From contig WARW01000001.1 in NCBI GenBank assembly GCA_013387215.1, forward strand, positions 119,301 to 183,300: a DNA stretch of 64,000 nucleotides. The letters run 5' to 3'. The first letter of the stretch is position 1. The number at the start of each line of letters is the position of its first letter. The translations under genes were made by a program, and so were the position numbers. The notes under the pieces are model-generated. The model did not search any database, was not told the DNA's origin, and saw only the letters and a list, made by a program, of their open reading frames with translations. Source of the DNA: Patescibacteria group bacterium. Lineage in GTDB: Bacteria > Patescibacteriota > Microgenomatia > UBA12405. Shown here in pieces: positions 1 through 9,771 of the stretch.

Positions 1-191
1 TTTTTTAATGCTTCGCTGATTACTGGCTCAATATTTTCAGAATGGGCTCTTTTGGCAATGTCTGGCACTACTCCTCCCCATTTTGCGTGTAAATCAGTTT
101 GAGATGAAATCACGTTAGAGAGTACTGAAGTATTGTTCAATACTGCAGCACACGTATCATCACAGCTGGTTTCTATAGCTAGTATTTTCAT
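1..191 (-). CDS. tsaD: tRNA N6-threonylcarbamoyltransferase TsaD, 5' part (runs off window)
   Basis: Manual translation [18 protein letters not shown]...[22 protein letters not shown] matches the Kae1/TsaD N-terminal motifs. Confidence 0.93.
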   Translation of the reverse strand, partial: MKILAIETSCDDTCAAVLNNTSVLSNVISSQTDLHAKWGGVVPDIAKRAHSENIEPVISEALK

Positions 192-218
192 TTGTTATAC
201 AAAAAACAGTTTTAAATA

Positions 219-932
219 ATGTATTATAAATTCATGGATCTAAATAGTGTCAAACTTAACTCGAAATCTAACACCATATATATTGTTTTGTCTGCCATCT
301 TAGTTATTTTATCAATTGCCGGAATTTTACTCCTTTTTCAAATAATTAAAACAGGAAATCAGAAAACTGCCGACACCATTTCTAATCAGGAAACTCCCAC
401 TCCTACCACTAATCCTATTCCTACTGAAGTCGTTGACATTAAACCGTCCGTTAAACCAACAATTGCTTTGTCACCAAAAGTTACTCAAACTGCATCCAAT
501 TCTGCTTTAAAATCTAATCCAACCTTAAAACCAACAATTGCTCCAAAACCAACCGCCACTTCAAGCGCCAATTTGCAACTTTTCTCAAGTCCTGACGATA
601 AATTCTCTGTTTCTTATAGTTCCTCAAGAAAATTAGTTCAAGACACAGAATCCACTGGAAATCGATATACTTTTTCCTCAGCTAACGGTAATTTTGCCAT
701 TCATGTCGCCACTGATGGTAAATGGGCCTGGACTAACACCTCCCGGGAATTTTCTACTGCCTTCACAGTCGCTGGCTTGCCTACCTTTAGATACGACATT
801 ACCACTCAGACTATTGTTGACTTCCAGTCCAACAATAAAAATTTCACCATTCAATGTATTCACAATGGTAAGAGTGATCTTAAAACCGAATGTGATGCTT
901 TCATAAAAAGCATAAAAGTAGCCGCCAACTAA
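219..932 (+). CDS. Membrane-anchored protein with Pro/Thr linker and possible PsbP-like C-terminal domain
   Basis: N-terminal TM helix, PT-rich linker, 'FSVSYSS' start and 'DAFIKSIK' end typical of PsbP-like domains. Confidence 0.55.
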   Translation: MYYKFMDLNSVKLNSKSNTIYIVLSAILVILSIAGILLLFQIIKTGNQKTADTISNQETPTPTTNPIPTEVVDIKPSVKPTIALSPKVTQTASNSALKSNPTLKPTIAPKPTATSSANLQLFSSPDDKFSVSYSSSRKLVQDTESTGNRYTFSSANGNFAIHVATDGKWAWTNTSREFSTAFTVAGLPTFRYDITTQTIVDFQSNNKNFTIQCIHNGKSDLKTECDAFIKSIKVAAN

Positions 933-1990
933 AGTTCGTATTTTATTTCTCTGGTTGTTGGATTTAGGTATTCAAAATTTATGGAAATTACTTTAGCCAC
1001 TTTTTGTAATTCTAAAAAGTTTTCCTTTCCCATATTTTCTGGCCACTCAATGCAGGCAATTGAATTATTGGTAAAAAGTTCAAAAAACTTTATTTCTTGC
1101 AGCTCGAAGTCTGCCGTAATTCGGTATAAATCAAAATGTAAGAATTTTTTATCATCAGTTTGGTATTCATTGTAAATCACAAAAGTAGGGGAGGTGATTT
1201 TCTCTTTAACACCAAGCAAATGTCCTAATCTTCGGCTAAATACAGTTTTACCGCAGCCCAAATCGCCGCTTAACGAAAAGACAATTGGTTTTCCACTATT
1301 TTTTTCAATCGCTTTTTTCAATAAAAATTCCGCTACTTTTTCCGTTTCTTTTTCCGATTTAGACACCAATGTTTGCGAGCTTCCGGTAATCAAATCACCC
1401 CTTCTTAAAATTTTCAATTCCGGTTCAGTAGCGTCAACCACTGTTGATGGTTTATTATTTGGCAGTTTGCCTCCATCAACAATCAAATCAATCATATCTT
1501 TTTTCTTTTTTGACAACGGTCTTAGAAAACTTGCTACCGAATAGTTTGGAGTTCTTCCGGAAAGGTTGGCTGAAGTGGCAGTAACTGGTCTGTTCACTGC
1601 CATAACTAAATCATGAATATATTTATTATCAGGAATTCTAATTCCCAAAGTTCCATTTTCAGCTTCAATACCTTTTGCCACCTGATGTTTTCCTTTGCTG
1701 ACAATAGTAAATGGCCCTGGTAATAAATTTTTATAAATATTTTGAGCCGATTCGCTTAACTCCACATATTTTTCTGCCATTTTCTTATCTGTTACTGCTA
1801 CTGAAATTGCTTTTCCGGTCCATCTGTTTTTAAATCCCAAAAGTTTTTCCACGGCCGACTTGTTAGTTGGATCAACTGCCAAAATATAAACAGTATCAGA
1901 TGGAAAAATCACTAGTCTACCTGCCAAAATTGTCTGGGCGGTTTCCTTAATTACATTTTCATAATTGTCGTTAATATCAACGATTTTCAT
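929..1990 (-). CDS. tsaC-tsaE: TsaC/Sua5 (YrdC) - TsaE ATPase fusion
   Basis: YrdC motifs PSDTVY, LLPGPFT, TSANLSG; C-terminal TsaE motifs GDLGCGKT, SPTF, HFDLYR, CIEWPE. Confidence 0.9.
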   Translation of the reverse strand: MKIVDINDNYENVIKETAQTILAGRLVIFPSDTVYILAVDPTNKSAVEKLLGFKNRWTGKAISVAVTDKKMAEKYVELSESAQNIYKNLLPGPFTIVSKGKHQVAKGIEAENGTLGIRIPDNKYIHDLVMAVNRPVTATSANLSGRTPNYSVASFLRPLSKKKKDMIDLIVDGGKLPNNKPSTVVDATEPELKILRRGDLITGSSQTLVSKSEKETEKVAEFLLKKAIEKNSGKPIVFSLSGDLGCGKTVFSRRLGHLLGVKEKITSPTFVIYNEYQTDDKKFLHFDLYRITADFELQEIKFFELFTNNSIACIEWPENMGKENFLELQKVAKVISINFEYLNPTTREIKYEL

Positions 1991-2001
1991 GTCCTATTCT
2001 A

Positions 2002-2634
2002 TCATTTCACACTATCTACCCATTCATTAATTTCCTCATGCCATTTTTTGTATTTATTTTGCATCTCTTTTAAATCCGGGAGTCCAAACTTTTCTTTAAA
2101 GCGTTTAAAAATCACCCCATAATCAGGATTAATATTATTTAATTCTTCCAACGATTCCTCAAAAAGATTAAATCCAGGATGTCCTTTGGAATGAAAATTA
2201 TCAGCATAGGCCACAATTTCTTCCTCTAAACTTATCGGAACATAGTTTCCCTTTGGGAAATCAATTTTTTCTTTTTCAATTTGTTCTTTATTTATTCCCA
2301 CTCCCACATGAGTCAAAGCAAACCTAGCTTTTTTCCGAGAGATTTTTTCTTTTATTAAAATGTCATAACCCATTTTTCCATGACGCACATATTGGCATAT
2401 TTTTTTATAATCATCATCAAAACAATCATAAAATCCAATATCGTGAAGCAAAGCTCCGGCCTCTATTAAATTCTTATCCACTTTAATTCCAAACTCTTTT
2501 TCTAAATTTTCCGCTATTTGCAAAGAAATATTTTTGACAATTAAACTATGGGTCCAAACAATTTGAAGCACTTTATCTTTATATTTTCCGTGAGAATATT
2601 TTTGGTGTAGTTTATAAATATCACTTTGTCTCAT
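2002..2634 (-). CDS. HD/HDIG-domain phosphohydrolase
   Basis: H...ALLHDIG...H...H...YAD metal-binding pattern. Confidence 0.85.
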   Translation of the reverse strand: MRQSDIYKLHQKYSHGKYKDKVLQIVWTHSLIVKNISLQIAENLEKEFGIKVDKNLIEAGALLHDIGFYDCFDDDYKKICQYVRHGKMGYDILIKEKISRKKARFALTHVGVGINKEQIEKEKIDFPKGNYVPISLEEEIVAYADNFHSKGHPGFNLFEESLEELNNINPDYGVIFKRFKEKFGLPDLKEMQNKYKKWHEEINEWVDSVK

Positions 2635-2692
2635 TCCCTAAATTATATCTTATTGCCTAAAATTTGGTGCATATTCATGCTAAAATATTCCC

Positions 2693-4999
2693 ATGGAAAA
2701 AAGCTATAGTCCATCCTCTGAAGATAAAATATACGAACTTTGGCAAGATTCTGGCGCCTTTACACCAACCGTTCCCGAAGATCCAATAAAAGCTCGAAAA
2801 GAAAAAGAACCATTCACAATTATTTTGCCGCCGCCTAATGCCAACAATCCTTTGCACGCTGGTCACGCCCTTTATACTGTTGAAGATATTATGATTCGTT
2901 TCCATCGCATGTTGGATGGCAAAGATAAAACTCTTTGGCTTCCAGGAACCGATCACGCTGGTATTGAAACCCAGTTTGTCTATGAAAAACATCTCCAAAA
3001 ACAGGGCAAATCTCGATTTGACTATGACCGTGAAACTTTGTTTAAAATGATTTTTGAGTATGTGTCTGAAAATCGCGATGTTGCTAAAAACCAAATGAAA
3101 CGCCTTGGTTTTTCACTCGATTGGAGCCGTGAAAAATTTACTATGGACGAAGACCATATTAAACGTGTTTATGCCGTATTCAAGAAAATGGTTGATGAGG
3201 GACTTGTTTATCGTGATGAAAAAATCGTCAATTATTGTACTTTCTGTGGCACTGCTTTTTCCAACCTTGAAGTTGTCCACAAACCAGTTGCTTCTCATCT
3301 TTGGTATTTTAAATATCCAGTAGTTGGGCAAGAAGGTCGATTTGTTACTGTTGCCACCACCAGACCAGAAACCATGCTTGGTGATACTGCAGTTGCTGTA
3401 AATCCCAAAGATCCTCGTTATTCCGATCTTAAAGATAAAAAATTATTATTGCCATTAGTTAATAAAGAAATCCCTATTATTTTTGAAGATTCAATCGATA
3501 TGGAATTTGGAACTGGCGCTGTTAAAGTCACTCCGTCTCATTCTCCAGAAGATTATGATATGGGCAAGAAATTTAATTTGGAATTTGTCCGCATCATTGA
3601 TTTCGATGGAAAATTCAACAAAAACGTCCCTGAAAAATATCGAGGTTTATATTCAAATCAAGTTAGACAGGCAGTTATCGAAGACTTAACTACTGCTGGT
3701 TTAATGGAAAAAATCGAAGATTATACTCACGAAGTTGGTCACTGCTATCGTTGTGGCCGCCCAATTGAACCGTTAACTGCTCCTCAATGGTATGTCAAAA
3801 TCAAACCATTAGCCGACAAAGCTAAAGCTGCAGTTAGCGCTGATGAAGTCAAAATCTTCCCCAAAAGATTTAAAAAATCTTTCTTAACCTGGATGAAAGA
3901 CATCAAAGATTGGCCTATTTCAAGGCAAATTGTTTGGGGTCATCGCATTCCTGTTTGGTACAACATGGATGAAAATCCAGAAATTACTATTACTCTTATT
4001 ACTCCTCAAGGTGAAACATTATCTGGCACTTGGTCAGAATTAACTTCAAAATATTCTTATGAAGACATCAAAAAAGGTCTTCAAAGTTTAATAGCGCCAG
4101 TTAATGCTAAATTTTATCTTTCTGAAACTGAAGCTGCTAAAAAAAGTGAGTGCGTTCTTCAGGAAACTGATACTTTTGATACTTGGTTTTCCTCAGGTCA
4201 GTGGCCATATTCCACTCTCGGTTGGGAGCCAAACGGCAATCACTCTAAAGACTTTTTGTATTTTTACCCAACTTCAGTTCTAGACACCATGTGGGACATT
4301 CTTTTCTTTTGGGTTGCCCGTATGATCATGATGGGTCTTTATGTTACTGGTGAAGTTCCATTTAAAGTTGCCCACATGCATTCTCGGGTCGTCGATTCCA
4401 AAGGCCAAAAAATGTCTAAATCCAAAGGCAATGTTATCGATCCTGTCGTCACGGCTAATCTTTATGGTTCCGATGCTTTGCGTATGGCTTTGGTTTTCGG
4501 TGTTGCACCAGGCTCGGATATTGCCCTTTCTGATGACAAAATTCGTGCCCAACGCAATTTCGTCAACAAAATTTGGAACGCTTCCCGTTTTGTTCAAATG
4601 CTTATCGATCGTCTCAAAGAAACCAATCCAAATCTAAAAGTTTCTCTCAATATCGATAAAACTAAATTAACTTCCGAAGACAAAGATATTCTTGGTAACT
4701 TGAATAAAATTACCGAATCTACCACTAAAAATTTAAATAAATATCATTTTGGTCAAGCTTCTGAAGATCTTTATCATTTCTTTTGGAATGATTTTTGTGA
4801 TGTCTACATTGAACATGCCAAAAATAGGGGAGAAGATGTTGTTCCGGTTTTATTGACAGTTTTAATTAATAGTTTGAAACTCCTGCACCCATTTATTCCG
4901 TTTGTTACGGAAACAGTTTATCAAGATTTCAAAAACCTATTTGGGTTCAAAGAAGAGCTTCTAATCACCAGTTCCTGGCCAACTGTCAATGAAGTCTAA
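2693..4999 (+). CDS. valS: Valine--tRNA ligase
   Basis: PPPN..LHAGH (HIGH), PGTDHAGIETQ, TTRPETMLGD, DWPISRQIVWGH, DTWFSS, KMSKS. Confidence 0.97.
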   Translation: MEKSYSPSSEDKIYELWQDSGAFTPTVPEDPIKARKEKEPFTIILPPPNANNPLHAGHALYTVEDIMIRFHRMLDGKDKTLWLPGTDHAGIETQFVYEKHLQKQGKSRFDYDRETLFKMIFEYVSENRDVAKNQMKRLGFSLDWSREKFTMDEDHIKRVYAVFKKMVDEGLVYRDEKIVNYCTFCGTAFSNLEVVHKPVASHLWYFKYPVVGQEGRFVTVATTRPETMLGDTAVAVNPKDPRYSDLKDKKLLLPLVNKEIPIIFEDSIDMEFGTGAVKVTPSHSPEDYDMGKKFNLEFVRIIDFDGKFNKNVPEKYRGLYSNQVRQAVIEDLTTAGLMEKIEDYTHEVGHCYRCGRPIEPLTAPQWYVKIKPLADKAKAAVSADEVKIFPKRFKKSFLTWMKDIKDWPISRQIVWGHRIPVWYNMDENPEITITLITPQGETLSGTWSELTSKYSYEDIKKGLQSLIAPVNAKFYLSETEAAKKSECVLQETDTFDTWFSSGQWPYSTLGWEPNGNHSKDFLYFYPTSVLDTMWDILFFWVARMIMMGLYVTGEVPFKVAHMHSRVVDSKGQKMSKSKGNVIDPVVTANLYGSDALRMALVFGVAPGSDIALSDDKIRAQRNFVNKIWNASRFVQMLIDRLKETNPNLKVSLNIDKTKLTSEDKDILGNLNKITESTTKNLNKYHFGQASEDLYHFFWNDFCDVYIEHAKNRGEDVVPVLLTVLINSLKLLHPFIPFVTETVYQDFKNLFGFKEELLITSSWPTVNEV

Positions 5000-5450
5000 A
5001 CTAATTATTTCCTTAAAAATAATTATTGTTTTATCATTGGTTTTCACTGTCGGCATTAATATTTACCAACTTCTCTTTCATCGGGATCCATTTACTTCTG
5101 TCAAAGCTCAATCATCATACCTAAATTTAGGTGAAAAATATCAAGGCCGTTTAAACTTTTGGTATCTTATGGCTGAAAACGGCGATTGGTCTTCTGCTGC
5201 TAAAATCGAAAACACGCTCGATTCCAACGATATTAACAACTATAAAAGCGCCTATGAGCCTCAAGAACTTCAAAAAAAGTTAACCAATTTAAATGGTAAA
5301 CCCAATAAAACACCTGATGATTGGGTGGAACTAGCCCGCATTCAATCAATGATTGGCAATATCGTTGATGCTAAAAAATCCCTAACCGAAGCTTTCAAGC
5401 TTGATCCGGTTCGTGATGATATTCAAAAGCTTTATTATCAGTTCAATTAA
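4989..5450 (+). CDS. Membrane-anchored TPR-like protein
   Basis: N-terminal TM; C-terminal 'WVELARIQ...AKKSLTEAFKLDP' TPR-like repeat. Confidence 0.55.
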   Translation: MKSKLIISLKIIIVLSLVFTVGINIYQLLFHRDPFTSVKAQSSYLNLGEKYQGRLNFWYLMAENGDWSSAAKIENTLDSNDINNYKSAYEPQELQKKLTNLNGKPNKTPDDWVELARIQSMIGNIVDAKKSLTEAFKLDPVRDDIQKLYYQFN

Positions 5451-5461
5451 TTTGTTCCACA

Positions 5462-5491
5462 AAAAAACCACGGGTTTTAACCGTGGTTTTT
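5462..5491. terminator. Bidirectional intrinsic terminator
   Basis: AAAAAACCACGG-GTTTTAA-CCGTGGTTTTT between convergent genes. Confidence 0.85.
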
Positions 5492-5515
5492 GATTTACTT
5501 ATTAAAAAGTAAGAA

Positions 5516-6196
5516 TTATTTTTCTTCTTTTTCTTCTTTCTTTTCAGCTTCAGCTTTAGCTAATTCTTCAGGAGATTTTTGGGCAGTAGCTGGAACTTCA
5601 CCAGGAGCAACTTCAGCAACAACTGGTTCTTCTTCTTCACGAGGTTCTTCAACTTTAACGATCACTTGTTCAGCATCAGTTAAAATTTCCACCTTAGATC
5701 TATCAACATCCAAATCAGCCACAGTCACCATAGAATCGACATTTTCCAAAACGGAGATATCGACAATAATGCTTTCTGGTAAATCAGTTGGCAATGCTTC
5801 AACTTCGACTTCTTCAGTAACTGGAACTAAAATGTTTCCAGCTTTAACAGTTGCAGATTCACCCACAAATTCGATTGGTACGAAAGTAGTGATTTTTTCT
5901 TTTAAGTTAACTTTGTAGCAGTCGATGTGCATCAAATCACCGCTAACTGGGTGGTATTGAGCGTTTCTAAATAAGACTGGTAATTTTTCTTTATCTAAAT
6001 GTAAATCAATTAAGCCTGATTCTCCAACTTCTTCGTAAATCTTTTCTAATTCCACAGTTGGAACTTGAATAGAAATAGGTTCAAAACCTTTTCCGTAGAC
6101 AGTAGCAGGAATTAAACCGCTCTTTCTTAACTGTTTAACTTTTCGGCCTAAAACAGTTCTGTTTTGAGCACTGATTTTATGATTTTCTTTTGTCAT
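5516..6196 (-). CDS. rplY: 50S ribosomal protein L25/Ctc
   Basis: LRKSGLIPATVYG, QYHPVSGDLMHIDCY, VEALPTDLP, acidic tail. Confidence 0.96.
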   Translation of the reverse strand: MTKENHKISAQNRTVLGRKVKQLRKSGLIPATVYGKGFEPISIQVPTVELEKIYEEVGESGLIDLHLDKEKLPVLFRNAQYHPVSGDLMHIDCYKVNLKEKITTFVPIEFVGESATVKAGNILVPVTEEVEVEALPTDLPESIIVDISVLENVDSMVTVADLDVDRSKVEILTDAEQVIVKVEEPREEEEPVVAEVAPGEVPATAQKSPEELAKAEAEKKEEKEEK

Positions 6197-6327
6197 TTAA
6201 AACTTTTGCTTCAACCCCTTCAGCTTTAGCTTACCTGGTTTCAGCTCTAATAAACTAGAGTGTATTATAGCAGTAAATTTTATTTTTCGGCAATGTTACA
6301 ATTGATGTATCTTTAAAGTAAAAAATT

Positions 6328-7329
6328 ATGACAAATTCTAATAAACCTCGCATTCTCACTGGTGATCGGCCAACTGGTCCGCTTCACCTTGGTCATTACG
6401 TTGGCACTCTTGCCAATCGTGTTAAGTTGCAAAGCAAATACGATTGCTACTTTATCATGGCCGATTTGCATACTTTAACCACCAATTTTTCCAGAGAAAA
6501 AACTTCCACTATTAACGAACGTGTTCGAGGTTTAGTTTTGGATTATCTATCGGTGGGCATTGATCCGGAAAAATGTGTCATCTATCAGCAATCAAAAGTT
6601 CCAGAAGTAACCTATCTTTCCGCCTTATTTTCAAACCTAGTCACTGTGCCTCGGGCTCAAAGAGTTCCCACCCTTAAAGAAGTCATGCACGATTTGAATA
6701 TTGAAAAACCGTCTTTAGGTCTTTTAAATTATCCGGTTTTGCAGGCAGCCGACATCTTAATGGTCAAAGCTAATTTAGTTCCGGTTGGTAAAGATCAAGT
6801 TAGCCATGTTGAAGTTACCCGTGAAATTGCCACTGATTTTAACCGAATTTACGGCGAAGTTTTTCCTATTCCTGAAGCTTTAGTTGGTGATGTTGGTACT
6901 CTTGTTGGCACCGATGGTCAAGCCAAAATGAGCAAATCTATTGGAAATTGTATTTATTTGGGCGACGACGAAGCCACTGTCAATCAAAAAGTCCGTGGCA
7001 TGTATACCGACCCAACTCGTATCAAAGCTACTGATCCAGGCAAAGTTGAAGGTAATCCTGTTTTTATATATCACGATGCTTTCAATCCCAACAAAGCCGA
7101 AGTTGAAGATCTTAAAGCTCGCTACCGCGAAGGTAAAGTGGGGGATGTTGAGGTAAAAACCAAGCTGGCTTTAGCCATAAATCAATTTTTAGAACCAATT
7201 CGTGAAAAACGACGATTTTACGAAACCAAAACTGATTTAATTGAAAATATTATTGAATCTGGTTCCAAAAAAGCTCGTCTCGAAGCTCAAGACACTCTCA
7301 ATCAAGTTCTAAAAGCCATGGGCATCTAA
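6328..7329 (+). CDS. trpS: Tryptophan--tRNA ligase
   Basis: [35 protein letters not shown]. Confidence 0.97.
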   Translation: MTNSNKPRILTGDRPTGPLHLGHYVGTLANRVKLQSKYDCYFIMADLHTLTTNFSREKTSTINERVRGLVLDYLSVGIDPEKCVIYQQSKVPEVTYLSALFSNLVTVPRAQRVPTLKEVMHDLNIEKPSLGLLNYPVLQAADILMVKANLVPVGKDQVSHVEVTREIATDFNRIYGEVFPIPEALVGDVGTLVGTDGQAKMSKSIGNCIYLGDDEATVNQKVRGMYTDPTRIKATDPGKVEGNPVFIYHDAFNPNKAEVEDLKARYREGKVGDVEVKTKLALAINQFLEPIREKRRFYETKTDLIENIIESGSKKARLEAQDTLNQVLKAMGI

Positions 7330-7377
7330 AAAAAATCCCCGGTTTCATCTAGCTTTACGCTAAAATCCACCAGGGAT
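7328..7377 (-). terminator. Compound terminator hairpin with inner stem-loop
   Basis: Minus strand ATCCCTGGT...TAGC-GTAAA-GCTA...ACCGGGGAT followed by a T run. Confidence 0.7.
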
Positions 7378-7381
7378 AAGG

Positions 7382-7774
7382 TCAAAGACTACGAAAGAGT
7401 TCAATTTCCGGTGATGGCAGGCGATCAAAACCGGAAGTCCAGACTATGTCATTAATTAATTCCCAAAAACCGGCAACCTCTGTCGCTTGGAGTTGTGCGT
7501 AACGATGATTATTATTCCCATTATTTGCTTGGGTTGAAAAAATTTTCACCCCGTCTGGAAGTCGATTCTCCAAATAATAATTTTCAAAAACTCCTTTTAC
7601 CCACCAGCATCCACTGTCTCTCATGAGTTCATACGTGTCGATTTTTCCGACCGCAAAAATTTCGTCGCCCAGAATCAGCAACGTGAAATTCAGCCTTAAT
7701 CTGGCATCCAAAAGCTCCTTAAGATAACCCATTTTCTTTTGTCTTTTTTGGTACTGCATGTCTGCATAATTCAC
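7382..7774 (-). CDS. Hypothetical protein (likely GTG start at 7774)
   Basis: ORF with SD-like GAGGTG upstream of the GTG; extended -10 TGCTAGAAT at 7836-7844. Confidence 0.55.
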   Translation of the reverse strand: MNYADMQYQKRQKKMGYLKELLDARLRLNFTLLILGDEIFAVGKIDTYELMRDSGCWWVKGVFENYYLENRLPDGVKIFSTQANNGNNNHRYAQLQATEVAGFWELINDIVWTSGFDRLPSPEIELFRSL

Positions 7775-7849
7775 AAAAAACACCTCTTTCCTTTTAATGT
7801 GCAAGTTAAAACCGCTATTAGTTTTACTTGGTCGTATTCTAGCACACAA

Positions 7850-8110
7850 TTAAAATGGTACTTTTTCCAGGTTAATATAAGTTCCAATTGCATTTCCGGC
7901 CGCGTAAGCAACTAAAATAGGGAAGTTTCCGTGTAAATTATTAGCAATCTCATAAATTATAAAAATTGCGATGAAATTTTCAAAAAATACCAAGAGGGCC
8001 GCTTTTTTGGATTGGCCTTTTGAAATCCAATAAGTTCTTTGTGTTGCCAAAAACATCTCCACGAATCCTACGGCAAAATATCCTAGTGCTTGCAAAATAA
8101 AATGCATCAT
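7850..8110 (-). CDS. Small membrane protein, DUF5698/DUF2179-like
   Basis: 'LATQRT...G..KAALLVFFE...AYAAGNAIGTY' pattern; SD AAGGAG. Confidence 0.65.
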   Translation of the reverse strand: MMHFILQALGYFAVGFVEMFLATQRTYWISKGQSKKAALLVFFENFIAIFIIYEIANNLHGNFPILVAYAAGNAIGTYINLEKVPF

Positions 8111-8289
8111 AACTACTCCTTATGAATTTAAAAAGTCTCTGTATGCCCTGAGGTTCCGACGGAGGCTCAGACAAAGTTTGTTTTTGTTTCATTTTGGAAA
8201 AATTTAACTTATTGGCTACAAATTCTACCTATTGAAGCTAATTTAAACAAGCCAAAATCTCACAAAATTATTTTTTATATAATCAATAT

Positions 8290-8724
8290 ATGGATCATGT
8301 GGCTATTTTAAAATCATCACTCGGTTTTTTGGAAAAAATAAAAAACGGCACTAAAACTATCGAATCGCGTTGGTATTCCAAAAGAATAAGTCCCTGGAAT
8401 CAGATCAAAGCGGGTGAGATTATTTATTTTAAAAACTCTGGTTCCCCAATAACCCTCAAATGCCAGGTTGAAAAAGTCCTTCAATTTTCTGATTTAACTT
8501 CTACGAAAATTGAGGAATTACTCCGTAAATATGGTAAATATATAGGATTTACGCTTCAACAACAGGAATTATTTTACAAAGAGATTTGTCATAAAAATTA
8601 CGCCATCCTCATCTTTTTAAGTCAAGTGCAGTCTTTAAAACCGTTTGATATTGATAAAACCGGCTTTGGCAACATGTCAGCCTGGCTTTCAGTCGCCGAT
8701 ATTAATCTTATTAAAAAACTTTAA
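8290..8724 (+). CDS. ASCH/PUA-like domain protein
   Basis: IKNGTKTIESR fits the ASCH GxKxxExR motif. Confidence 0.8.
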   Translation: MDHVAILKSSLGFLEKIKNGTKTIESRWYSKRISPWNQIKAGEIIYFKNSGSPITLKCQVEKVLQFSDLTSTKIEELLRKYGKYIGFTLQQQELFYKEICHKNYAILIFLSQVQSLKPFDIDKTGFGNMSAWLSVADINLIKKL

Positions 8725-9201
8725 TTATTTTGGAAATATTATTCTAAAAAGATCTTTTTCTTTATCAAGACTCCCATATTTATTTGCTTCCAAATCGCCC
8801 TTTTTAAAAAGTAAAATCAAAATCAAAACAACATTTACGAGCACGAAATATTCATTTATAAACTGAAGAAATAAAACTAGAAGTAAAATTCCTGGAGCAT
8901 TAAAATCATGCAGCCTTCTGTATGCTAGAGAAAAAGTCAAAAACAAAACAAAAATACTGATTATTAAAGTTATCGTTGAAGCAGTTTGGTTAATAGTGTC
9001 TATTTGTGAATAAGTAATTTTTAGTTGTTCTTCACTGATTAAATCAGCTCTGGAAACATAAATCCTGTCAGTCAATAATTTTGACACCATTCCTATGGCA
9101 AAAGATATTATCCCCACAAAAACCACTAATGTTAAAACTGAGGAAAAATAGTTAATTCTTTTTATTCTCCCTGTAAAAAATTTCTTCAAAAACCACACCA
9201 T
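8725..9201 (-). CDS. DUF805 membrane protein
   Basis: FTGRIKR, RRLHD, G...ANKYG motifs. Confidence 0.85.
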   Translation of the reverse strand: MVWFLKKFFTGRIKRINYFSSVLTLVVFVGIISFAIGMVSKLLTDRIYVSRADLISEEQLKITYSQIDTINQTASTITLIISIFVLFLTFSLAYRRLHDFNAPGILLLVLFLQFINEYFVLVNVVLILILLFKKGDLEANKYGSLDKEKDLFRIIFPK

Positions 9202-9257
9202 GATTAACTAATCTTATCAGGAAATTGAAAAACATATCTTTTCACACAAGCGTTTTG

Positions 9258-9306
9258 AGTGGGTATGCATGTCCCTAGATCCCCCTTGAGGGGAGATTCG
9301 AACCAT
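9258..9306 (-). repeat. Partial duplicate of the tRNA-Ile 3' end with a 23-nt insertion
   Basis: 9258-9271 = 9323-9336 and 9295-9306 = 9337-9348; insert at 9272-9294. Confidence 0.85.
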
Positions 9307-9324
9307 TACCAGGCACTTGATTAG

Positions 9325-9398
9325 TGGGTATGCATGGATTCGAACCATGGACCCCCGACTTATAAGATCGGTGCTCTAACCAACTGAGCTACATACCC
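9325..9398 (-). tRNA. tRNA-Ile (anticodon UAU), CCA not encoded
   Basis: Cloverleaf GGGTATG/CATACCC; anticodon arm CCGAT-CT TAT AA-GTCGG; T-loop TTCGAAT. Confidence 0.93.
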
Positions 9399-9412
9399 AA
9401 AATATAAAAAAG

Positions 9413-9486
9413 TAGCAGGGGCGGGAATCGAACCCGCGACCTTAGCGTTATGAATGCTACGCTCTAACCATCTGAGCTACCCTGCC
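9413..9486 (-). tRNA. tRNA-CAU, probably elongator Met
   Basis: GGCAGGG/CCCTGCT acceptor stem, A73, loop TT CAT AA, T-loop TTCGATT. Confidence 0.88.
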
Positions 9487-9666
9487 GTACTCGCTATTAT
9501 ATCAAAATTATTTTAAAGTCTCCCTTGCTTAAGGCAATCAAATTCAAAGGAAATTTTAGTAATAACAGAGTCAGGATACAAAAAAGCCGTCAAATTAATG
9601 ACGACCTCTCTGTTTCAATATTCGTTTGGACAAGTAGTAACATAAACGATAGGTTTATGTTCTTTG

Positions 9667-9736
9667 TTGCGGGGCCAGGAGTTGAACCTGGCCTGTGAGA
9701 TTATGAGCCTCACGTGCAGCCGTACACTACCCCGCA
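9667..9736 (-). tRNA. tRNA-CAU, probably an atypical initiator Met
   Basis: TGCGGGG/CCCCGCA-A acceptor (fMet-like), loop CT CAT AA, T-loop TTCAACT. Confidence 0.82.
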
Positions 9737-9771
9737 TGTTAAATGGACTTCGGAAGTTTATCACAACTTTT

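Noticed and set aside
5490-5918. 142-aa Ser-rich ORF and similar short nested ORFs (e.g. 2675-3094, 28387-28776, 30611-31048)
   Set aside because: Antisense to clearly identified genes, with no motifs of their own
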